From Candidatus Latescibacterota bacterium (lineage in GTDB: Bacteria; Latescibacterota; UBA2968; UBA8231), in NCBI GenBank assembly GCA_965203175.1, contig OZ241867.1:800001-864000 (forward strand): a DNA stretch of 64,000 nucleotides, given 5' to 3'. The notes under the pieces are model-generated. The model was given only the letters and a program-made list of their open reading frames with translations, made no database searches and was not told the DNA's origin. The position numbers were made by a program, and so were the translations under genes. Each line of letters begins with the position of its first letter. The stretch's first letter is position 1. Positions 18,722 through 29,550 of this stretch are shown here, one piece after another.

Positions 18722-20596
18722 TTAAAGTCCAATTTCGTGGCGCAGCGCCTCGGTATCAGCGCACCAGTTGCCAACGTTCCAGCGGCCAAAGGCCCCCAAG
18801 GCTCCGCGTTCGTCTGGTCCGAAATAAACGGGGACGTGTATCAGCGACAAGCCGCCGTGCGCCCGCGCCTGGTCCAATGCCCTTTCCAGCGACTCGGGCG
18901 AATACCCGCCGCTCAACGCGACCACGCCCTCTACTGCACTCGCCCAAGCCACGTAGTCAACAGCCACGCGGTCCCAAGTGCCACAGTCAGCGCCGTACTG
19001 GGCCAGTTGCAAACCCGAGATCGCGCCCATCCGCCGATTGTCCAACAGCAGGATGCACCCGGTCGCTCCGTGCTCTACCCCGTCGATGAGCACCTGCGGA
19101 TTCATGGTGAAAGACCCATCGCCGCTAATGGCCAACCCGTAGAACGGCTCGGCTGCTACCGCCGTGGCCAACAGTGCCGAGACCGCAAATCCCATATAGC
19201 TAGCCCCGGTCTCGGTAAAGGTGCGCCCCAAGCGATCGTCCTCTACTACTTGAAATCCATTGGCCTGTACGTCGCCGGCGTCGAAAAAACACACCGCATC
19301 GCGGGCGCGCGCCCAGTCCGTGGCCACCTTGATGGCCGTCGGCTGCGTCATAACCTCCGCGTCCCACATCTCGTCGTACAGCACTGACTTGTGATAGCGC
19401 ACGGCCTTAAACGCCGCCCACTCCCGCTTCTTGTCGCTACAGGCTTGCAACCAAGCCGAAGGGGAGCCGTTTTGCACGCGGCTCGCGCTGAGCGCGCGAT
19501 TCAATTTCCGCAGCGTCCCGGCCGCATCGCCGACCAAGGCCATAGTCTTGCCGTAGTGAGTGGCGGTCTCTGAATCGGCGTTGATATTGACGACTCTCTG
19601 TACGCGCGGATAGCCCGTGCGCGACGAATCCGACTGGCAGACAAAGCGGGCACCAACGGCGATCAAGAAATCGGCTTCCTCCATTGCATAGTTGCCGCAG
19701 ATCGACCCCTTGCTGCCGCCGACGGTCATGTTGCGCGGATGATCGTACGGCAAGACGCCGGAGACTAAGGGACTGGTCACAGCCACTGCGTCGGCTAGCT
19801 CCAACAACTCAGCCAACTCCGCCCCGGCCCCACGCGCACCGCCGCCAACCTTGACGACGACGCGCTCGGCCGCAGCAATGGCGGCTGCCGCCTCTGCGTA
19901 GCGCCCCTCATCCGCAGCCACACCCAACGCTGGCGGTGCGCCCACGGGCAGCTCGTCCAAATTGAATTGCGCCAGTTCCGCCGGTTGCACGTTGAGCGGC
20001 AAGAGCAAGAAAAACGGCTCGGCCTGATGCGGATGTTCCACCGCGTTGAGTCCGCGCCGCAATGCCGTGGCAAGCGCCAGCGGCGTGTGCAGCGAGTACG
20101 CCCGGCTCATAGTGCCAAACAGCCGCAGGAAGGCATTTTGTTCGGTCCCGGGTATCTGCTGCATGTTCGGCCCTTCGTCTTGGGTCGTCTCGTCCCCGAG
20201 CAGATACCAGATGCCCAACCCGTCCGAGCGCGGGACAATAGAGGCCGCCAGCGCTTGCAGTGCTCCCGGACCGATCGAGGTGACGACCGCAGCCTTTTCG
20301 CCGCGCACCCAGCGCAGAGCCGCAGCCGCGTGCGACGCCTCGATTTCGCTACGCACCCCACAGACGCGCACTAGCCCAGCGTCCTGATAAACCCGCAAGA
20401 CCTCGCCGATCTCAGTCGAGCCGTGGCCAAAGACGCAAAAAAACGTCCTGACGCCTTGCAACCAAAGCCCCAGGACTAGCGCCTCGGATACCGTGGTATC
20501 GATGCGGCGGCCCAGCACCCCAAAACCCCCGGCTGCGGCGATTTGCTGCGCCCGCTCCTGCCGCGTCTGTGCCAATTGCTCTACGGTTGCTTCCAT
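18722..20596 (-). CDS. Thiamine-diphosphate-dependent enzyme, IolD-like
   Basis: FGHG, VTSIGPGA, MTVGGSKGS, ThDP motif GDGSF...DN; start MEATVE at 20596. Confidence 0.8.
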   Translation of the reverse strand: MEATVEQLAQTRQERAQQIAAAGGFGVLGRRIDTTVSEALVLGLWLQGVRTFFCVFGHGSTEIGEVLRVYQDAGLVRVCGVRSEIEASHAAAALRWVRGEKAAVVTSIGPGALQALAASIVPRSDGLGIWYLLGDETTQDEGPNMQQIPGTEQNAFLRLFGTMSRAYSLHTPLALATALRRGLNAVEHPHQAEPFFLLLPLNVQPAELAQFNLDELPVGAPPALGVAADEGRYAEAAAAIAAAERVVVKVGGGARGAGAELAELLELADAVAVTSPLVSGVLPYDHPRNMTVGGSKGSICGNYAMEEADFLIAVGARFVCQSDSSRTGYPRVQRVVNINADSETATHYGKTMALVGDAAGTLRKLNRALSASRVQNGSPSAWLQACSDKKREWAAFKAVRYHKSVLYDEMWDAEVMTQPTAIKVATDWARARDAVCFFDAGDVQANGFQVVEDDRLGRTFTETGASYMGFAVSALLATAVAAEPFYGLAISGDGSFTMNPQVLIDGVEHGATGCILLLDNRRMGAISGLQLAQYGADCGTWDRVAVDYVAWASAVEGVVALSGGYSPESLERALDQARAHGGLSLIHVPVYFGPDERGALGAFGRWNVGNWCADTEALRHEIGL

Positions 20597-20598
20597 AG

Positions 20599-21183
20599 TC
20601 AGCGGTCCGACAGATGCCCCCAAACGCATTCAGCCACCACACGTCCCAATAACTGCGATCCCTCCTCGGTAAAATGCACCCCATCTTGGGTCAAAAGCCG
20701 AGCCTTTCCCTCGCGTTGAACAACGGCAAAGAGGTCGTCAATCGGCACGTCTAGATCCTCTGCCACGGCGCGGGCCGCCGCATTGTAGGCCTCCACATCG
20801 GCCTCCAAGCGATCGAAGCCCTTATTCTGATGATGCCAATTTTCGTCCACTGGCGTAGTAGTAGCCCAGACGACGGCCCCGTTCAACTCGCGTTGCAGCC
20901 TTTGCAGTATCTGGCGCACGTTGCGCTCGTATTCGTCCAGAGGCACTGCGGATGCTGCGCCAAAGGCCCTCTTCAAATCGTGCAACCCACAATTGACGTG
21001 TACCACGTCCGGCTGGCGCGCAAGCACCCACTGGTCCAGATGTGCGAGAACATTGCGACTATCGCCGCCGTTTTCTTCAGGTACCCAAACCTCGGCCCGA
21101 CCCGCCAACTGACTGGCGACATGGTCCTGATAACCCATGCGAATCGAGTCGCCGATTAGGACGACGAGGGACAAATTAGCCAT
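20599..21183 (-). CDS. SGNH/GDSL hydrolase
   Basis: GDSI, NGG, NCGLHD, DGVH catalytic blocks. Confidence 0.9.
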   Translation of the reverse strand: MANLSLVVLIGDSIRMGYQDHVASQLAGRAEVWVPEENGGDSRNVLAHLDQWVLARQPDVVHVNCGLHDLKRAFGAASAVPLDEYERNVRQILQRLQRELNGAVVWATTTPVDENWHHQNKGFDRLEADVEAYNAAARAVAEDLDVPIDDLFAVVQREGKARLLTQDGVHFTEEGSQLLGRVVAECVWGHLSDR

Positions 21184-21189
21184 AAAGCA

Positions 21190-21678
21190 TCACGCCGAAC
21201 TGACGCCTCCCATCTTGCAGACTTCCTTCCACTCCTGCGCGGTGACCGGCTGAATCGAGAGCCGCTGACCTCGTTGCACCACCCGCATGTCGGCGAGCTT
21301 GTCGTTGGCCTTGAGGTCGGCAAGGTGGACAAACCGTTTGAATCTGCGTTTCCACTTCACGTCGAAAGAGAACCAGCGCGGCTCATCCTCAGTGGATTTT
21401 TCGTCGTAGTAGTGGTGCTTGTCGTCGAATTGGCTAGGGTCGGGATACCCCGCTCTTGTAATCGTCGCGATTCCAGCAATCCCCGGCTCGTCGCAATTGG
21501 AGTGATAAAAAAACGCCAACTCCCCCTTCTTCATGTCGTCGCGAATGAGATTGCGCGCTTGGTAGTTGCGCACCCCTCGCCAGTAGCCCGTGCTTTGCGG
21601 ACGCTGCTTTAACTCGTCAAAGGAGCACTCGTCGAATTCGCACTTGACGAGCCAGTACTTTTTTCCCCGCTTGCTCAC
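21190..21678 (-). CDS. EVE domain protein
   Basis: YWLVKCE, WRGVRNYQARN, FFYHSNC, RLSIQPVT; GTG start overlaps the upstream stop. Confidence 0.9.
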   Translation of the reverse strand: MSKRGKKYWLVKCEFDECSFDELKQRPQSTGYWRGVRNYQARNLIRDDMKKGELAFFYHSNCDEPGIAGIATITRAGYPDPSQFDDKHHYYDEKSTEDEPRWFSFDVKWKRRFKRFVHLADLKANDKLADMRVVQRGQRLSIQPVTAQEWKEVCKMGGVSSA

Positions 21679-22493
21679 AACCATTCCTCGACCACTTCCC
21701 GCGTCTTTGCTATACCCTCCCATTCGTCTCCTGGACTAGAAAAAATCAGCGAGTATGGCCCGGCAAATCCCGCATCATTGGCCAACTGGAGACAGTGATC
21801 AAAATCCTCGCGGTCCATCTGCCCCACTGCGGTAAAGTCGGCCTTGGCGTGTACGGAAGTCGCCCTCGGCAGAATCGCCGCCAGATCGCGGTATTTGTCC
21901 GGCCCCTTGAAGTTGCCAAAGTCAGCGCATAGGCCGACCTCGCCGTCGCACAAGTCGAGGACCGCATTGAGCGACTCAACGCTCGTACCCAGCGTCCGAA
22001 AATTCTCCGTCATCACCCCAATACCCAAGGTGCGACCAAAGCTGGCGAGCGTCCGCAAATTCGCCGCGCTGACCTGCACGGCTCCGCCGTCGCTTGCCTC
22101 CCCGGCGATCACCCGCACGCACTGCGTGCCACAGCGGGCGGCAATCTCCATCCACTCGCGCACCCAAACCACTTCATTTGCGCGTCGGGCCGCATCGGGA
22201 TGCGCAATGTCCCCAGCGTCAATTAGCACGCTGAAGAGCCCGACGCCGCTGTCGGCAAGTGCTTGCCGCAATTGGCTGATATAATCATCGTCGAGCCTAG
22301 GAAAGTGGAAGTGGCAAATCTCCAACAGGCCGATGCCGCGTGCGGCAAGCTGCGCCGGTAGCTCTAACAAGGTGAGATCGCCCTGCCCGGTCCCTTCTAG
22401 CACCGGCTCGCCCTTGGGGTCGGGCCACTGGTACATCGACGCTCCTAACGTCCTGTGCAAGCTCCATGTCGAGGTCGCTATACGCGTCATCAC
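21675..22493 (-). CDS. Sugar phosphate isomerase/epimerase (AP-endonuclease-2 TIM barrel)
   Basis: TENF, CADFGNF, SVHAK metal-binding pattern. Confidence 0.8.
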   Translation of the reverse strand: MMTRIATSTWSLHRTLGASMYQWPDPKGEPVLEGTGQGDLTLLELPAQLAARGIGLLEICHFHFPRLDDDYISQLRQALADSGVGLFSVLIDAGDIAHPDAARRANEVVWVREWMEIAARCGTQCVRVIAGEASDGGAVQVSAANLRTLASFGRTLGIGVMTENFRTLGTSVESLNAVLDLCDGEVGLCADFGNFKGPDKYRDLAAILPRATSVHAKADFTAVGQMDREDFDHCLQLANDAGFAGPYSLIFSSPGDEWEGIAKTREVVEEWL

Positions 22494-22500
22494 ACCATCC

Positions 22501-23196
22501 TCACAGGTTGATTTTAGCGACCCATCCAGACGCGGCGTCGCAATAGATCAAATCCTCGCCAAAAATCGACAAGCCGTGCGGCTGGGGGTCGCTGTCGGGC
22601 ACCACAACTCGATCCAACTCGGCCCCGCTCTCCACGTCGAGTTTGACGATCACGCGGTCGGACGTGTGCACCACCCAAATGCCGTCGGCAACCCGCACCA
22701 CGCCGTGCGCGCGCCCGTAGGGCAGGTCCAGCACGTGCTCGACCGACCAGCCGGCGATCTTGACTTTGCTCAACGTCTGGCTCTTGAGAGTGGTAATCCA
22801 CACGTGGCCTTCTTCAAACGGATCGTACTCCATCCCGTGGACCCCACCTCCGCCAGGCACAGGATAGCGATTGCGAGTCGCGCCAGTGGCCGGATCGACC
22901 TCGAAAATCTCGCCCTCCTCAGCGTCCGTCGGCCGTGCGGGCCGCCAGAGCGTACCCGCCCCGTTGGCCGCCAACCACAGCGAGCCGCCGCCCCACGCCA
23001 TGCCGCTGGTATTGGACGACTCGCTGGGGATATCGCGGATCAGGCGGGTGACGCCGTATTCAGACGGCTCGGCGATTTCAATAAGCGCCACCCGGTCGGT
23101 AATTTGGTCGGTAATCCACAGTCCTTCTTCTACTACTTGCAGCGCATTGGGCACCCCGTACGGGGCGCGGAAGAGCTTCTCTACGGTCCTACTCAT
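22501..23196 (-). CDS. Beta-propeller hypothetical protein
   Basis: Repeated blade-like motifs PNAL, SGMAW, HGMEY, AHGV, PHGL with LW/IW strands. Confidence 0.6.
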   Translation of the reverse strand: MSRTVEKLFRAPYGVPNALQVVEEGLWITDQITDRVALIEIAEPSEYGVTRLIRDIPSESSNTSGMAWGGGSLWLAANGAGTLWRPARPTDAEEGEIFEVDPATGATRNRYPVPGGGGVHGMEYDPFEEGHVWITTLKSQTLSKVKIAGWSVEHVLDLPYGRAHGVVRVADGIWVVHTSDRVIVKLDVESGAELDRVVVPDSDPQPHGLSIFGEDLIYCDAASGWVAKINL

Positions 23197-23210
23197 CGTC
23201 GTCTCCTGAC

Positions 23211-24182
23211 TCAGTTGTCCCACGTCAATAATACCGCCATCGTCTCGCCCAACCGATTGTAGAGCAAATCGAAGGCCGCTGCCGCTTCGGTGTAGGGGAA
23301 GCGGTGAGTGATCATCTTGGCGAACTGGATCTGGTCTGTAGCCAGCAACTCTAACGTACGCGCCGATCCTTCGGGCCGCCGACTAGCGTCGAGATAGCTG
23401 CCTATGAGGCGCTTGCCCATGATTTTTTCTGAATAGAGCGGCAGAGGTTCGTTCTCGTACAGGCCCAGCACCTGCAAGAGGCCGCCGCTCTTGAGCATGT
23501 CCTGCGCCTCGGCAAAAGCCTGTGCCCCAGCCCGCCCGCCCACGGCTTCGACCACGATGTCGGCACCCTTCCCGTCCGTCAGCTCCAAGACCTGTGCGAC
23601 CGGATCGCCAGCGCTGGCGTCAATCATCTCGTCAACCCCCAACTCGCGCGCCAGTTCACAGCGCAAGGGCAAAGTGTCAATCCCAATGACGCGCCCCGCG
23701 CCCTGTGCCTTGGCCGCCTGCATACAACCGCTGCCGACCAAGCCCTGCCCCTGTATGACCATGACATCGTCCGGGCCGGCCCCGGTCTCCCACATCCACA
23801 GGACCGAACTGGTTCCCAGCGGCCAAAAGGTGCCCGCCTCGGGCGACAGGCCCGCGGGCAGGCGCACGGCCGCAGGCTGGTGCCGGCTGGCTCCGACTTC
23901 GACCGCCACGTATTCGGCGTGCGGCGCAAGCGCCGCGACCAAGTCTCCGACTTTGAACTCCTCGACCTCTGCACCCACCTCTGCGACTCGGCCCACCAGC
24001 GAGTAGCCCATGGAGCGGTGGTCGATAGCCTCTTCGCGCACGTAGCGCCGCCAAATCTCCGAGCCTCGGCTGATCAGCGAACATTCGGCGCGAATCAAAA
24101 TCTCGGTCGAGGCAATGGCCGGGGTCTCGACCTCTTCTACTACGATATTATAGGCCCCTGCGGGCTTGGCGATGCGTTTCAT
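23211..24182 (-). CDS. MDR-superfamily (zinc-binding type) dehydrogenase
   Basis: SLISRGSE, MGYSLVG, GQGLVG, DIVVEAVG, ITHRF; start MKRIAK at 24182 after GAGG. Confidence 0.85.
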   Translation of the reverse strand: MKRIAKPAGAYNIVVEEVETPAIASTEILIRAECSLISRGSEIWRRYVREEAIDHRSMGYSLVGRVAEVGAEVEEFKVGDLVAALAPHAEYVAVEVGASRHQPAAVRLPAGLSPEAGTFWPLGTSSVLWMWETGAGPDDVMVIQGQGLVGSGCMQAAKAQGAGRVIGIDTLPLRCELARELGVDEMIDASAGDPVAQVLELTDGKGADIVVEAVGGRAGAQAFAEAQDMLKSGGLLQVLGLYENEPLPLYSEKIMGKRLIGSYLDASRRPEGSARTLELLATDQIQFAKMITHRFPYTEAAAAFDLLYNRLGETMAVLLTWDN

Positions 24183-24248
24183 AGACGGCCTCCTCGCGGA
24201 CAATATGGCAAAAATACCGCGCGTGAACCAACCTAGTTCAACGCGGGC

Positions 24249-24287
24249 AAAAAAAACCGGGCGCACCCTAAGGTGGGGTGCGCCCGG
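24249..24287 (-). terminator. Rho-independent terminator
   Basis: 12-bp stem ccgggcgcaccc/gggtgcgcccgg followed by T8 on the minus strand. Confidence 0.9.
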
Positions 24288-24550
24288 CTGTACTCTCAGA
24301 AGCTATGCCGCCGAGGCGACTGTGCTTCTGACCAGGTAGTCGATCACCTGGAGTTGATCAAGTGATCAACCTCCCTGCGGTACGTTTACTACTCAATGGA
24401 CCACCTCCTTTCGCTGTGCGCGCCTCATATCCATACTCCAACTCTGCGCGTCGTTGCGGCCAATTGCAAAGTCGGGTTGGCCCGCTCGCGTAGCCTCGAG
24501 CCTCAGCATAGCGGCAACAGGGGTTTGAGGCCCCCGAACTCGACTCGATT
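24250..24550 (-). other. Candidate stand-alone small transcript with three chained micro-ORFs (24358-24396, 24344-24361, 24303-24347)
   Basis: Bounded by a TTGACA promoter and a strong terminator; SD GAAAGGAGGTGGTCC precedes TTG-SSKRTAGRLIT; TTGA and GTGA stop/start overlaps. Confidence 0.5.
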
Positions 24551-24552
24551 TT

Positions 24553-24582
24553 AATATGACAAACGCCACAGAACCATGTCAA
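24553..24582 (-). promoter_or_regulatory. Putative sigma-70 promoter for the small transcript
   Basis: TTGACA-18 nt-CATATT with a TG extended -10 dinucleotide; overlaps the stop of the Gfo/Idh/MocA gene. Confidence 0.55.
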
Positions 24583-25571
24583 ATGCTTTTTACTTTCACC
24601 GGCTGCCCGCTAGCGGCCGAGGCCCATGCCGCTTCGGTCAGTTCAATGACCCGCAGGCCGCATTCGGGGGGCACCTGCACCTGATCGCGGCCGAGAATCG
24701 CGTCGATGAAATTCTGGTCGGGCGTCGTCGAGCCGGGCAAGTTATTTACTTCGTACACCTCGTTGCTGTGCTGCGTCTTGTAAAAGATCTGTCCCCGGCG
24801 TATATAGACCGCGGCCTTGGTCCCCCAGATGGTGATGTCCTCCCATATCCCGCTGGCCGGCGAGTTGCCCACCACCGCAATCGTCCCCAGCGCGCCGTTG
24901 CCAAAGCGCAGCGACAGCGCCGAGTTGATGTCCACTTCGGAGTCTAAATACTCCATGTAGGCCTGCACTTCCGCCACCTCTAACCCGGTCATCCACAACA
25001 CAATGTCCAGTAGGTGGCTTCCCGAGTCGTTGAGCTGTCCGCCGCCCGACAGCGCCATTTGCTGCCGCCACAGTCCGATCGTCCCCTGGTACCACTTCTG
25101 GTCTTGGAGCGCCGATATAAATTGGATGTCCCCCAATTCCCCGGCCGCAATCTGGTTGCGCACATAGCGGTACTGCGCCTGCAAGTGCCGCTGATAGGAA
25201 ATCATTACGAGCTTGTCGGTCTCCTCGGCTTTGGCGATAACTTGGCGCGCGTGATCGACAGTACAGACCATCGGCTTTTCGGTCAGCACGTGCAGCCCTT
25301 TGTCCAGCGCGGCCATAATCTGCTCAAAGTGCAATGTGTGGGGCGTGGAAATTTCTACCGCATCCAGTTCGACTTGCTCCAGCATCTCTTGGTAGTGGGT
25401 AAACTCCGGCAACTCCGCGGCCTGCGAGTTGCGCTCTTTGGCTCGCTGCAGACTGGCCTGATCCACATCACACAACGCCACCACTTCGGCCTCGGGGATG
25501 TCGAGAACCCGCCCTAGGTGCCCGCTGGCATTTCCACCACAGCCGATAAATCCCACGCGAATCTTGTCCAT
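24579..25571 (-). CDS. Gfo/Idh/MocA family oxidoreductase
   Basis: GFIGCGG, STPHTLH, HVLTEKP, GGGQLNDSGSH. Confidence 0.92.
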   Translation of the reverse strand: MDKIRVGFIGCGGNASGHLGRVLDIPEAEVVALCDVDQASLQRAKERNSQAAELPEFTHYQEMLEQVELDAVEISTPHTLHFEQIMAALDKGLHVLTEKPMVCTVDHARQVIAKAEETDKLVMISYQRHLQAQYRYVRNQIAAGELGDIQFISALQDQKWYQGTIGLWRQQMALSGGGQLNDSGSHLLDIVLWMTGLEVAEVQAYMEYLDSEVDINSALSLRFGNGALGTIAVVGNSPASGIWEDITIWGTKAAVYIRRGQIFYKTQHSNEVYEVNNLPGSTTPDQNFIDAILGRDQVQVPPECGLRVIELTEAAWASAASGQPVKVKSI

Positions 25572-25611
25572 TTTCCTCTCTTTTCAGTCTGGTTGAAGAG
25601 ATCGCCGGTGA

Positions 25612-27579
<1,968 letters not shown>

Positions 27580-27595
27580 TCAAGGAGGGCGCACT

Positions 27596-28390
27596 TCAAG
27601 GCCGCCTTGATCCCTGGTAAACGCGCGGCATCAAAAGCTGGCCATTGCGAGCCAGAGGCAAGCCGGCAAAGGCACAGGAGTTGCCCCACTGGTCGATGGC
27701 AGCCGCGGTTTTGTACTCGTTGATGATGGCGTGGCGGGCGCGCGGGGTATAGTTGTGCCCGGCGCGGTGAACGACGAGGACGTGGATGATGGCCACGTCG
27801 CCCGGCTCGGCCTCTAAGACGACCTGCTCACTGGCGGGGATGTGATCGTCGGGGATGGTGTGGCTGCTTTCCAACGTGGGGTACTCGCCCTTGAGGTGGC
27901 TGCCGGGCAGGACCTCGGTGGCCCCGGCTTCAAATCCACTCGGATCGAGGTACGTAATGGCCGCGGCCAAGTCTGGCTCGGTATGGCGCTCGTACGGCCA
28001 GTCTTGGTGCCAACTCTGGGTGCAGACAAAGCCGGGGGGTTTGTTGCGAATCTTGCCGTTGTGGAAATCAAGGTCCGGGCCTAACAGATCGACCATGACC
28101 GAGACAATGCGTGGCTCGGTGAACTGGTCGAACCAGTAGTCGCCAGCCAACGTCTGATCCATCATGCCGACGACATTGCGCGGATTGAAGGGGTCGGGCG
28201 CGTACCCGTCCGGCGCGTCCATAAAGGAGTACTTGACGTTCTTGGGCCGGGATTCGATCTCGGTCACCAGACGATAAAACTCGTCACGCATCTGCTCCAT
28301 CTCCCTAGGGCCGTAAAAGCCTTTGAGCAAGAGATAGCCGTTGTCGTCGAAAAACTGCTTCTGCTCGGGGTCTAAAATGAGCAAGCTCAT
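27596..28390 (-). CDS. PhyH-family Fe/2OG dioxygenase
   Basis: FDDNGYL, WHQD, VLPGSH, VVHRAG. Confidence 0.88.
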   Translation of the reverse strand: MSLLILDPEQKQFFDDNGYLLLKGFYGPREMEQMRDEFYRLVTEIESRPKNVKYSFMDAPDGYAPDPFNPRNVVGMMDQTLAGDYWFDQFTEPRIVSVMVDLLGPDLDFHNGKIRNKPPGFVCTQSWHQDWPYERHTEPDLAAAITYLDPSGFEAGATEVLPGSHLKGEYPTLESSHTIPDDHIPASEQVVLEAEPGDVAIIHVLVVHRAGHNYTPRARHAIINEYKTAAAIDQWGNSCAFAGLPLARNGQLLMPRVYQGSRRP

Positions 28391-29541
28391 GGCGTGGCGT
28401 CCTTTGCGGTTGAGCGGTTGGGTAGGAAGAAGGCCAGCCCAGCGGGCAATATCGGCAGCAGGGCTAGGTATTTCAAGGTCTCAGCCACGCCGATCTGGTC
28501 GCCGAAATGGCCGATCAGCGGCAGCGCGAGGCTGGCCAAGCCCCAGCTAAAGCCCAGCGGCAGGCTGGAGACCAAGCCCGTATTTTCCGGCGCAAACTCT
28601 TGGGCCATGGCGACCATGATCGAATTGGAAGACAGCAGCAGGCCGCCGCCCAAAAAGAGCAGGGTATAGCTAGCCAGCGTGCCCTCGACATAGATGAAGG
28701 CGTAGAGTGGCGGCACCGAGCACAGCAGCGATCCCCAGACCAGCGGTTTAGGATCGACGCGATCGGCTAGATAGCCAACGATGAGCGCGCCGACCACGCC
28801 GGCGATATTGTAGATTCCCAAGGGGATGCCGCCCGCGACGAGACCAAGGCCGCGCTCCTGGGCCATGAGCGTCAAAAACGTGCCAAAGCCCAGTCCCGAC
28901 ACTGAGCGCAAAATGACGATCGCGGTGATCAGCACGAGAGGACCCGCTTGGTCGCCGAGACTGCGCCACTGGGCCGTGCTTCTGCCGTGGGAGAAGTTGG
29001 GGTTGCCCAGCGGCACCGCGCGATACATGAGCAGGAGAAACAACAGGCCGGGAATGGAGAGGTAGGGCAGGGATTCCAGCCCGAAGGAATTGGTGTAGGC
29101 AGGTGCCCACAGCGGCGTTAGGCCCAGCCCCAGTGTCCCGCCAAAGATAAAGAGCGCCAAGCCAAAGGAGCGGCGCGGTCCGCTGAGTTCGCCGGCCAGC
29201 GAAAAGACTTGGGGGTGGAAGGCGGCAACCCCGAGCCCACCCAGCGTCAGAATGGCAACGAGAGTCAGATAATTGTGAGCCAACCCCATGAGCGGGGAGA
29301 AAACGGTCGCCAAGGCCAAACCACCGACGATCAGCCAGCGCCAAGCCATGCGGTCGGCCCACAAGCCCATGAGAGGCTGGCTGATATTGCATATAGAAAC
29401 GATGGAACCCAAAAACCCAACTTGCGCCAAGCTCAGCCCCAAGTTGACCTTGATCAGGGGCAAGAGCGGGGCCAGCATCGTGGCGTAGCTATCGACGCAA
29501 AAATGCGAGACCGAGATGACGAACAAGCGGAGTTTTTGCAT
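28387..29541 (-). CDS. MFS transporter (Fsr-like)
   Basis: SHFCVD, QPLMGLWADR, AAFHP, GYLADR; about 12 hydrophobic segments. Confidence 0.88.
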   Translation of the reverse strand: MQKLRLFVISVSHFCVDSYATMLAPLLPLIKVNLGLSLAQVGFLGSIVSICNISQPLMGLWADRMAWRWLIVGGLALATVFSPLMGLAHNYLTLVAILTLGGLGVAAFHPQVFSLAGELSGPRRSFGLALFIFGGTLGLGLTPLWAPAYTNSFGLESLPYLSIPGLLFLLLMYRAVPLGNPNFSHGRSTAQWRSLGDQAGPLVLITAIVILRSVSGLGFGTFLTLMAQERGLGLVAGGIPLGIYNIAGVVGALIVGYLADRVDPKPLVWGSLLCSVPPLYAFIYVEGTLASYTLLFLGGGLLLSSNSIMVAMAQEFAPENTGLVSSLPLGFSWGLASLALPLIGHFGDQIGVAETLKYLALLPILPAGLAFFLPNRSTAKDATP

Positions 29542-29550
29542 TCGCCTAGT

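Noticed and set aside
24340-24412. 16S rRNA 3'-end fragment
   Set aside because: Similarity is limited to the anti-SD tail with no helix 44/45 sequence; promoter and terminator orientation favour SD sites on the minus strand.
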